Assembly (NCBI GenBank): GCA_965644495.1
Contig: CBFFSA010000014.1
Location: 1-64,000 of the forward strand
From: Perkinsela sp. CCAP 1560/9
Taxonomy: Eukaryota; Protista; Euglenozoa: Kinetoplastea
Direction of reading: 5' to 3'
DNA length: 64,000 nt
A model generated the notes under the pieces. It worked only from the letters and a program-made list of their open reading frames with translations, was not told the origin of the DNA and searched no databases. Positions 55,171 to 64,000 of this stretch are shown in pieces. Every line of letters starts with the position of its first letter. The stretch's first letter is position 1. Position numbers and translations under genes: made by a program.

Positions 55171-57141
55171 TCAACTCTCCCGAAACAACGGATTCTCCGG
55201 AACCCCCTCCGCGACCTTCGCCCAGGTACTCAAAATCTCCCGCTCCACCTCCTCCGTCGCCGGCCACCGCACCGCCCCCGCCTCATTCTGCATCACCACC
55301 ACCAACGTATTATGCACGGGCTTAAAGTAACTCCGTTCCAAACAATGCTGGGCCCCGTCCACAAACACGTGCCTGGCCTGGGGCACCACCACCACTCTCC
55401 GCACGAACCCCTCTCTGTCTTCCTCCATCCCCACGATACACGCCGTCGGGGGATTCCTCCACTCCGGGATCACCACCGTAAACGACAGCGGCCGGCTCGA
55501 CCCGCTCAGCACGCCCACGACGTGCTCCCGGGCGCGCTCCATCACCTCCTCGACGTACGGGGGGCCGACCTCGAAGGACCCCTCAAGGGGGCGGAACCGG
55601 AAGAAGGACCCGAGGCTGCCGAAGCAGGCGTCGGTGTCGGGGAAGGCGGAGCAGCAGCGGCGGAAGTGGGCGTTGATCGGGGAGGCGAAGCCCTCGAGGG
55701 AGACGCCGAGGGTGCGGTGGAGGGCGTGGAGGACGGGCGGGGGGGTGGCGGCGTGGTGGCCGTGGCCCTCGGAGGGGTGGGAGGAGAAGGCGAGGGAGCG
55801 GTAGCGGTGGAGCAGGGTGAGGAGGCGGAGGGGGAAGGGGGAGGGAGGGGTAGGGGTAGTGGCAGGGGTAGGGGGAGGGGTAGTGGCGGTGGAAGTGGTG
55901 GGGGTAGTGGTAGGGGTAGTGGTGGGGGTAGTGGCAGGGGTAGGGGGAGGGGTAGTGGTGGTAGAAGATGGCTTGTTGAGGTTAGTAGGGGTAGTGGTAG
56001 GGGTAGTGATGGGGGTAGTGGTGGTAGGAGATGGCTTGTTGAGGTTGGTGGTGGTGGTTGTGGTGGTAGGGGATGGAGGGTTATGATGGGTAGTAGGGGT
56101 AGTGGTGGTGGTAGGAGAGGATGACTTGTTGAGGTTAATCGTAGAAGATGGATCGTGCTGGTGAGGTGTCCTGGTAAGTGAAGTAGGGGAGGATGGATTC
56201 TGGAGGTTTGTAGGGGTAGGGGTAATAGAAGGTAGGTTGTCTTTTGAGGAGAAACACTCTGAGGGGTTTGCGTCTTCGTAGAGTTGACGAAATTTGGAGA
56301 AATGAGCGGGGAGGATTTCATGAGAGATACCAAGGGAGGGGAGGGTAAGGGTGACGCGGTCAGGGGCATGGGTGATGTGGATGTTGGAGTAGTCACGGGA
56401 AAGGGTTTTATCGGAGACGGTGAGGGATTGATGATGGAGAGTGGCGACCTCCTCACAGGCCAAAGCGAGGAGGCTTTGTTGGATTTTTTTGGCAACTTGG
56501 ATAGCGTGGGCTTCATCTTTGTAGGCGTCCACAGCGGAGCGCTGCATGCACTGTTTCACTAATTCTCGTTCGAGTAGGATACTGTAGTGGTTCGGGTTGC
56601 ATGGAATAAGGGGATCGTACAGCTTCGTGGCCTTACCTTCAGCTTCAGCAAGATCTTGGGCGGAGCGACATTCGAACAACCACCGGTTGAATGCCTCTCG
56701 AGGACGGGTAATGCTCGCCGCCCGTAGTAGACTATCAAAATGTTTTCGCAACTTTACAAGTGCGAAATAACGGCCCGTTTCGTACCAAGCGTCGCGAAGT
56801 GCACATGATTGAGAAAGAAAACGTTTCTGTATGGAGGTAAGATACTGGTTCACGGACAGGGTGTCTTCGTTGTCCACACCGTTTACGTCTGAAGATTTAT
56901 CGAGTGAGGCTGAACTTTTATGTTCCTGTGAACACGGCTTGGAGCTGGCTTTGTTACCACAAGTCACAAAAATTTTGTCATATGATGCAACGTCCGGAAG
57001 TTTCTCAGGCATAGATGATAAGTAAGGCACGAGTGTGCAGGCATCCGCTCGTTCGTTGGACTCACTAAATTCTAGATGCCGTTTTCTGCGAATATCTGTC
57101 TTTCTATCACGGTGAGTTTTATAGATTTTCCAACCTTCCAT
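55171..57141 (-). CDS. PCIF1: PCIF1/CAPAM-like cap adenosine N6-methyltransferase
   Basis: PREAFNRWLFE...DPLIP helical-domain motif; EGFASPIN...SAFPDTDACFGSLGSF...GSFEVGPPY MTase motifs; Thr/Pro-rich insert. Confidence 0.85.
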   Translation of the reverse strand: MEGWKIYKTHRDRKTDIRRKRHLEFSESNERADACTLVPYLSSMPEKLPDVASYDKIFVTCGNKASSKPCSQEHKSSASLDKSSDVNGVDNEDTLSVNQYLTSIQKRFLSQSCALRDAWYETGRYFALVKLRKHFDSLLRAASITRPREAFNRWLFECRSAQDLAEAEGKATKLYDPLIPCNPNHYSILLERELVKQCMQRSAVDAYKDEAHAIQVAKKIQQSLLALACEEVATLHHQSLTVSDKTLSRDYSNIHITHAPDRVTLTLPSLGISHEILPAHFSKFRQLYEDANPSECFSSKDNLPSITPTPTNLQNPSSPTSLTRTPHQHDPSSTINLNKSSSPTTTTTPTTHHNPPSPTTTTTTTNLNKPSPTTTTPITTPTTTPTNLNKPSSTTTTPPPTPATTPTTTPTTTPTTSTATTPPPTPATTPTPPSPFPLRLLTLLHRYRSLAFSSHPSEGHGHHAATPPPVLHALHRTLGVSLEGFASPINAHFRRCCSAFPDTDACFGSLGSFFRFRPLEGSFEVGPPYVEEVMERAREHVVGVLSGSSRPLSFTVVIPEWRNPPTACIVGMEEDREGFVRRVVVVPQARHVFVDGAQHCLERSYFKPVHNTLVVVMQNEAGAVRWPATEEVEREILSTWAKVAEGVPENPLFRES

Positions 57142-57276
57142 GATGCTATTACGTACCACGAAGGGTGTAAACGATTAAAAGAGAGAATATACGATGGCGT
57201 CTAAATTAAAATGGAGATAAAATAGAAATAATAAAACATCTAATAAAATAGATAAAATAGAAATATTAAGAGCCTA

Positions 57277-57396
57277 CACCCCCACCAAAAAGTATTGTAA
57301 TTTATTAGTATCGACGACGAATTTTTGGTCGATACTAATAAATACAATACTTTTTGTGCCGGCCATTTTTGTGAACAGTACTTTTTAGCGGGGGTG
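57277..57396. mobile_element. 120-bp hairpin MITE, TA TSD
   Basis: CACCCCCACCAAAAAGTA...TACTTTTTAGCGGGGGTG with internal palindrome ATTTATTAGTATCGAC/GTCGATACTAATAAAT. Confidence 0.7.
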
Positions 57397-57926
57397 TAAA
57401 TAACTTTAAAAACTTAATTTTTCACCGTTTCAAAAAAGAACCAATCAATGACAAATATTCTACCAGATGACAAATACAATGTTTGTTATCTGTTTTTGTT
57501 GCAAACGAGAGATCTTGTTCCCCTAGCGAAGAGCTGCGGCGCCATTTTCATATTTCCCCCCTTCTCCCCTCTGGCCGCGGAACGTATGTTTTTTCGAGTA
57601 ATATTGGCATGATTGTGTAAGAAAAGATTAAGAAAATATGTTTCTATTTTTTATTTTTGAAGAGGCGTAAAAACAGCGGGAGCGTGCAGATCTCAAAATT
57701 TCGAAAAAAAGTGATGCTGTCACCCCTCTACGCCCTGTGAAAAAAAGGGTGGGTCACTTATTCGTTGGGGGGTTTATTGAGTAAATGCAATGTAAGTAGG
57801 TAGTAATTCTACGCTAAAAAGGAGGAAGAACGAGTAGTACACGTGTACTTCGCTTGCTTCAAGTTAACAGCAATTTGATTCGAATTATAACAATTTTGTC
57901 TTTCTCTCAACCACACAGGAACAAAA

Positions 57927-58874
57927 CTACATAGTAACGACGATTTGCGTGTTATCAACGTAAGTAAACATGGGAAGTTCAGATCTTTTCCCCGTGCCGC
58001 GCAGCTCACTGTTGTTCCCTAACTGGAGGTTCTTCAATGATGCTGGGAAGTGAGACAAGTCAACGACACCAGAAAACATATTGAACCGTAGGTGCAGGTG
58101 AGTCAAAGAATTAGGAAGTGAAGTCAAGTCGGGTGTTCCAGTAAGAGAGTTACGGTCAAGATGAAGTTCTTCCAGTCCCTCAGGAAGTGTACTGAGAGAC
58201 ACAACACCAGTAAACTTATTGTGAGCAAGACCCAATCTTCGCATTTTTGGAGGAAGTAAAGTCAAGTCCAGCGACCCAGTAAGGGAATTCCAGTCAAGAT
58301 AAAGGTCCTCCAATCCTGCAGGGAGTGTACTGAGAGATACATGACCGGTAAATTTATTCTGGTTTAGTCCTACTCTTCGCAGGGAAGGAGGGAGTGAAGT
58401 TAAGTCCACGGAACCAGAAAAATGATTACCACTTAAAAGAAAAACGTTCAGATTTGATGGTAAATAGTTCCATGGAACTACGCCCGAATATCCGAGTGAT
58501 TGTGGAAAGGATACATCTAGTATTTGAAGAGTACGAGGCAAATGAACGAGATGCAATGTACCTTCAAGCTTTTCAATGCCCAAGAAAGTGCTTTCGGACT
58601 TGGAAAAAAATTCCATTCCTTCAACGTACTTTCCTAACTGCGTAAGAAGTGTGGGCTGCTCAAAATTGAGAGATTTTTTCCAGTCTAGCTCAGATACTTC
58701 GCCTCTTTCATTGCACTTTACGTAAGCCCACTCACAGGCTGGGGTAGTACTCTTCCAGGACGGATGGGGATTTTTCACGTCCTGTACAAATTTTGCAAGT
58801 GCTAGCTCTTGCGGGAGATTCGCAGAACTTACTTTAGCGACGCGAGACTTTCGTGTAACTTCTGGAACATCCAT
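57927..58874 (-). CDS. Short LRR family protein (close paralogue of 53886, two extra LRRs)
   Basis: Near-identical N- and C-termini to 53886; internal 138-bp duplication. Confidence 0.9.
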   Translation of the reverse strand: MDVPEVTRKSRVAKVSSANLPQELALAKFVQDVKNPHPSWKSTTPACEWAYVKCNERGEVSELDWKKSLNFEQPTLLTQLGKYVEGMEFFSKSESTFLGIEKLEGTLHLVHLPRTLQILDVSFPQSLGYSGVVPWNYLPSNLNVFLLSGNHFSGSVDLTSLPPSLRRVGLNQNKFTGHVSLSTLPAGLEDLYLDWNSLTGSLDLTLLPPKMRRLGLAHNKFTGVVSLSTLPEGLEELHLDRNSLTGTPDLTSLPNSLTHLHLRFNMFSGVVDLSHFPASLKNLQLGNNSELRGTGKRSELPMFTYVDNTQIVVTM

Positions 58875-59136
58875 GAAATAAGGTAGAGAGTAAACGGATT
58901 TTTTTGTGAGAACAAACTGTTTATCATTTTATGAGTATTACCCACTACGTAATAATTTTATTGGTCCATTCGCGGCGCCCTCTTTTACGCCGGGGGATAC
59001 AATAAAACCAAGCGCTCCCACTTATTGTACCCCCTTGTAAATAGCGAGCTACAGGTACATTAAAACGGAACGGGGTTCATTATAAATTTACTCTTCAATT
59101 CCATGATAAGACAAAGCAACTCGCATTCCGTTCCTT

Positions 59137-60015
59137 TTATTTTAACTGTACCTGTGTCCCCCAAAACAGAAATCCGGTTTTCCGAGGAAAGACAGACACC
59201 TCAACTTCACCGTGGATCTCAGCATTGTTTTGTAAATGTAACACATACAGCCTTTCAGGAAGATATCGGATGTGTATCAAACCACTGAATTGGTTATTTT
59301 CCATATAGAGACTTTCCATTAATGGAGGTAAATGCTGTAGATCAGGTGTTCCAGAAAATCTGTTTGAAGCAACGTTCAAGTGTTTCAGGCTTAGAGGTAA
59401 TTTGTTGAGATGTATTCCACCAGAAAACTTATTATCGCTTAAATCAAGCTCTAGAAGCGTAGGGGGCAGAGCGCAGAGTTCTACATTCCCTTCAAACCGG
59501 TTTGATCTTAAGTAGAGATATTCAATATTTACTGGAAGATGCTCTAAATGTGCAATGTCTGTAAAGAAGTTTTGTATAAGATTTAGGTATGAGAGTTGCG
59601 GCGGCAAAGCATTAAAGTTGACTGCCCCCGTAAGCATGTTCTCCCAAACTCTGAACTGCTGAAGCGATTGGGGAATCCAGTTCCAATGTAACGATCCCGA
59701 AAGCTTATATCTGTTCCAAATAATCTTCCAGACGTGTATTCCTTCGCATGTCACACCTTTCCAAGCACAAGCTGGAGTAGATGTGTTCCACGAAGGGTCT
59801 GGGTTTTCAATATCCTCAATGAATCTTGCAAGATCATATTCTTGAGGTAAGTTGACACGTTGCACCTTGCTGGGACGAACATGCGTGTATAAAGACCTAT
59901 CTTCCGGAGTGCTATCTTTTAATACGGATACGGTTTTAGCATGTTTGCGTCGTTTGGTAGGTATTTGCTGGTTGTCCGACAACCGAGCATGACGTACTAA
60001 GATACTTGTATGCAT
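59137..60015 (-). CDS. Short LRR family protein
   Basis: LPQEYDLARF...WNTSTPACAWKGVTC cap plus LRRs. Confidence 0.9.
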   Translation of the reverse strand: MHTSILVRHARLSDNQQIPTKRRKHAKTVSVLKDSTPEDRSLYTHVRPSKVQRVNLPQEYDLARFIEDIENPDPSWNTSTPACAWKGVTCEGIHVWKIIWNRYKLSGSLHWNWIPQSLQQFRVWENMLTGAVNFNALPPQLSYLNLIQNFFTDIAHLEHLPVNIEYLYLRSNRFEGNVELCALPPTLLELDLSDNKFSGGIHLNKLPLSLKHLNVASNRFSGTPDLQHLPPLMESLYMENNQFSGLIHIRYLPERLYVLHLQNNAEIHGEVEVSVFPRKTGFLFWGTQVQLK

Positions 60016-61668
60016 GAATAGGATTTCTTCTAACGCTGTTTAATGCATAATTGGGTTTGAAAAATTAACAAACATATTTAGTGTAAACTCTTCTGTAAAT
60101 CCTACTAGGCTCTAAGATTATTGAGAGAGATGCGTGTCAAATTGGCTTACTAGGATGAATTCGACACAAGTAAAATAATCATAAAAAGAGCTTAAAAACA
60201 TTCGGGTAACCGACGCTATAAATGTAGGTTAAAAGTATGTTTTTTTTCTGATTTTGTTTTTCCGTTCAAAAAAACTTTTTTATAGCTTTTTATAGCGTTC
60301 CCACTTACTGTATACTCAAGATGTTTCAGCTTACAGGGGGGGGGATCACGAAAAGGGTGGGGGGTCAAATTTGTGCCTTGCGAGCTTTTGATCTAATTCT
60401 TTCGACATTCAACAGATCTTGAAATTTTGAGACTACATGCGTTACAACTACTTAGGCACATAGTGGTCGCCACCAATCTGAAAGTCACGAAAATGAGAAT
60501 GACCCTCTGAAAAATGACAAATTATCGTGTCAACGTTCAACTCAAAAAAGTTCCGTGTTGGCGTAATAAGCCCTTCGTACGCGCCAAAGAAGCATGCAAG
60601 AGACATGAAAAACTGAAGAAAACACTAAGCCAACTAAACTTTTTTATTTTTGCTAAGACATTGCTAAGACAGAAGCTATTTAAGTCCCACCTTTAACCCC
60701 CTATTTTCCCGCATAATTCGGTCTCGTAATCAATAGGTTCGTACCTCAACAATAATATTTTTGTTCTTGTCGGGCTTCTTAGGGTAAAAAGAAAACACGG
60801 AGCTGAGACATCAGGATCGGATCCTCCGCGGGGCGGTGATATACCATGTTGCTTCCGTAACGTCTCTTCATCAGCTCGTCAAAGGGTGGACACGAGCGAG
60901 ATAGATCAAGCTCATCTTGTCCGGAGAAACCGCGTGGCCGTGCGAAGGGTGTGGGGTCATACCTAACGTCCTCTAAGCCCCATGATGAGTTCGCCTTGAT
61001 GAAATTCTGGTGCTTATACTCTCCGGAAAAGGAGAGACTTCTAAGAGGTTGTGCAACACACCCGTGAGGATCGTTGATAGAAGAGCAACCTGTGCAATCG
61101 ACGCTCATCAGGGTGGTCAGCTTGAGTCTACGGTGACAGCTTGTGCACCACGCTGGAGACCGTCTGGGAGAAAAGTTATACTCAGTACGTGACGGCGGCG
61201 AGGGAGATAAAAAAGAATCGATGAAATGTCGCAGACTGTCATTTCAAGAAGACTTGCCTTCGCGAACATTGAGAACCCTTACCCGGAGCCATCATTTCTG
61301 TTCAAATGGAAATATGCAAGTCATGCTGCATTTATCTCCTTTGGTCCTTTCAGTCTGGTTTCACAAATTTATGCTGGCAGTACTTTTGTACAGAAAAAGG
61401 ACAAAGGTTCGGGTACAGTACTTGTCCTCGTGGATAAGCAAGTTTTGATAATTTGAGACAAGTAGCGTACTTGGATAAGTAAGAGAGGGTAACGGTAATA
61501 CAACCACCCAAGTTTGAGCCGATCACGGTACTTGTAACAAGGTACCGACCCTCTTACCATATATCAAACACCCAAAGCCTTCTTCTACAACGACCACCGT
61601 CACCCCTGTCACCTTCCTTTTCTATTCCCCCGCACTCGCCCCTTTCTCTCTCTCTTCACTTTCCCCCC

Positions 61669-63267
61669 TTACTTCCCCTCCCTCCCCCTCACCAACCACT
61701 GTGTCAACTTCCCCACCCCCCCCACCCTCTCCCCCTCCTCCTCCCTCTCCCTCAACCCCGCATGCAACCTCCGCAACCCCTCCCCCCCATCCTCCCCCCC
61801 CAACACCTCCTCCACCCCCCGATTCCCCATCCCCCCCACCCCCCCTTTCTCCCCCCCCCCTCTGTGGTCCGTCACCCTCCCCTGCGCCACGTTATACGTG
61901 CGTATCTTCTCCGCCCGCTCCCCACCCACCCACTGCTCCCCCAGCAGCGCCGCCACCCCCCCCTCCCGCGCCCCCACCGCCCGCCCCCACAGCCGCTCCC
62001 GCAGCTGCTCCAGCGCCAGCCGCCGGTTCTCCCCCCCGCTCCGCGACGCGTGGCACCGGATCGTGATCCCCGTGGGCCGGTGCCGCAGCCGCACGCAGTT
62101 GTGCGCGACGTTCACCCCCTGCCCCCCCGGCCCCCCTCCGTGGGACATGGCCATCTCAATGTCCCTATCCGGGATGGAGATTTGGATCGGGGAGGGCTGG
62201 GGGAGCAGCGTGACGGCCGCGGTGGAGGTCTGGAGCTTGGGGGAAGTGGAGGGGGAGGGGGAGGGGATGCGCTGGATGCGGTGGACACCGATCTCGTAGC
62301 GGAGGGAGGACCCGGCGACGGGGGAGGCGATGCGGAGACGGTAGGGGGGGCGGGTGTGACGGGAGGCTGCGGTAGTGGCCGGTGAAGAAGAGGAAGAGGA
62401 GGAGGAAGAACCACTTGAGGATGAAGGTAGAGGGTTGGAAGGTTCAGGGGTTGGGGTGGTGTCGAGGATGGGCCAGTGTTGGGCGGTGCAGTAGGTTTTG
62501 TACATTTCAAAGAGTTCAGCGGCGAAACGCCAGCTTTCCTCCCCCCCGGCCATGCCTTTGACCTCGAGGTTCCAGATCTCGGTGGAGTGGAGGGTTTGTT
62601 GGAGAAGGGAGGGGGGGAGGGTTTTGTGGCCTACGGTGAAGGGGCGTGAGGTAAGGTAGTGGGAGATGGAGGGGGTTTCGAGAGAGCGGTGGACGGCGGT
62701 GACGAAGGTGTGTTCGAGGTCGGAGAGCTCGGGGAGGAGGCGGGTTTGGATTTCCTCCTCAATGAGGGTTGCCATAGAGGTACTTGAGGTGTCGGTAGAG
62801 GAGGCGGCTTCTTGGGCATCGGGGGTAGTATTCGTCGAGGCTTCGAGATCACGTTTTTCTTTTATGGCTTCCGCATGTAGAGAAAGAATCTCGCTGCATT
62901 TGTTTAGCATGTCCGCGGCCCCCGGCAGGAGTATGTCTTTTAGTCTCTCTTTGGCTTCGTATGGCCATGGCTCAAACGTGTCACTTTTCGTGGAAGTTTT
63001 TGAGGGATTGACGTGTGATTGGGACTTTGTAGGAAACTCGAATCGAAGTCGATGACCGTCCTCTGCATTTTGTCCCAGCGACGGAGTTCCCAAGAACATG
63101 TAGGTCGCCTGTGCACATGACCAATAAACTTCGTGTATGGTAGGAGATATAACGGAAGGAAAACATGGAAGAGGAATCCCTGTGTTGTTCCGTAGATGGG
63201 TCCAGTCGTGCTTTGTATTTTGCAAGTGAGAGGGAAGGGCATATCGTGCGAGGGAACGAAAGAGCAT
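61669..63267 (-). CDS. Mitochondrial class I peptide chain release factor (RF1-like)
   Basis: LRYEIGVHRIQRIP, GGPGGQGVN, RAEKIRTYN..QGRVTDHR; first ATG MLFRSLARY resembles a short presequence. Confidence 0.88.
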   Translation of the reverse strand: MLFRSLARYALPSHLQNTKHDWTHLRNNTGIPLPCFPSVISPTIHEVYWSCAQATYMFLGTPSLGQNAEDGHRLRFEFPTKSQSHVNPSKTSTKSDTFEPWPYEAKERLKDILLPGAADMLNKCSEILSLHAEAIKEKRDLEASTNTTPDAQEAASSTDTSSTSMATLIEEEIQTRLLPELSDLEHTFVTAVHRSLETPSISHYLTSRPFTVGHKTLPPSLLQQTLHSTEIWNLEVKGMAGGEESWRFAAELFEMYKTYCTAQHWPILDTTPTPEPSNPLPSSSSGSSSSSSSSSPATTAASRHTRPPYRLRIASPVAGSSLRYEIGVHRIQRIPSPSPSTSPKLQTSTAAVTLLPQPSPIQISIPDRDIEMAMSHGGGPGGQGVNVAHNCVRLRHRPTGITIRCHASRSGGENRRLALEQLRERLWGRAVGAREGGVAALLGEQWVGGERAEKIRTYNVAQGRVTDHRGGGEKGGVGGMGNRGVEEVLGGEDGGEGLRRLHAGLREREEEGERVGGVGKLTQWLVRGREGK

Positions 63268-64000
63268 CACGTGAGGTGTACGTCTCAAGAAGCTGGAAGG
63301 AGTAGGATCATAAAGCTATACATACGGTTGATGAGCCGTGCGTGTGCGACAATGTCGTGGAAGGGGATCATGTTGCGTTCGTGCAGGTAGCAACAGGCAT
63401 AGAAGCAACCTTTGATTTAGAAAGAAAGCAGGTCTTATATACCCTTATATACCCTGTATACAATGTACACGTAGTGATCTCAAGTGACAAATAGATGGCG
63501 ATTTTTGTTTTTTGTCTTCATGCCAATTAATTCAAAAACAAGATATCCGGGTGAGATTAGTGAAGCTACAACTGCAGTCCACATTGTAACCATCTCTGTA
63601 AAAAGCTGTTTATCTAAAGTACACAAAAGAACCTTTTCTACTCGATATACACATCAATTACTCAGATTTTTGAACCTGCAATTCAACCTCTTCCTAATTT
63701 TGAAGCTCTCGATAAAGCAACCAACAAAATAGCTGTACATTTCTATGCTGCACAACGTGAGTAACTTCACAGCACAATAAGACCTAAGAACACAAAAAAA
63801 GGAATTTAAAAATCTACAACTCTTACTAAAATATTGAAATATATCACTAATCTACTAGTGCAAGGCTGATACCTAAAAATATCACCCCACATTACTTCTT
63901 TCTTCCGGTAGGCTTTTGTTTTTGAGTATTCGTCTTTGGCTTACGAACGCCTCTCCCTTTTGCGTTCGATGTGGATGACTTTTTGACAGGGCTGCTCTTG

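Noticed and set aside
55312-56516. Alternative-frame Pro- or Gly-rich ORFs in PCIF1 (similar ones in RF1, SURF1, large LRR)
   Set aside because: By-products of extreme GC skew suppressing stop codons.
60300-61560. Short ORFs downstream of RF1
   Set aside because: Fragmented with no motif; no call possible.

Overview
Eukaryotic nuclear DNA from a kinetoplastid-type organism; the short-LRR family and gene content suggest a Perkinsela-like lineage (inference). All recognisable host genes are intron-less and on the minus strand, as in a polycistronic unit: PRP31, RPB1 without heptads, a KAP/HMG-box protein, a KREPA-like editosome protein, an NSUN methyltransferase, SURF1, a probable mitoribosomal protein, PCIF1/CAPAM and a mitochondrial RF1. 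They are interleaved with 11 members of one LRR family and many DNA transposons (Merlin with 8-bp TSDs, Tc1-like DD35E, TA-flanked MITEs, a four-level nest, and a tandem/foldback ~0.9-kb Helentron-like repeat). Main novelty candidate: a non-coding element headed by a 5'-truncated spliced-leader (SL) exon, with conserved hairpins and an A-rich end. It has inserted twice, in sense orientation and without TSD, at the same LRR-motif position of two different LRR genes; removing it restores both reading frames. Second: sharp C-rich to G-rich skew inversions inside most housekeeping genes, suggesting intragenic replication origins or bidirectional initiation sites. All calls are by eye; no database searches were run.
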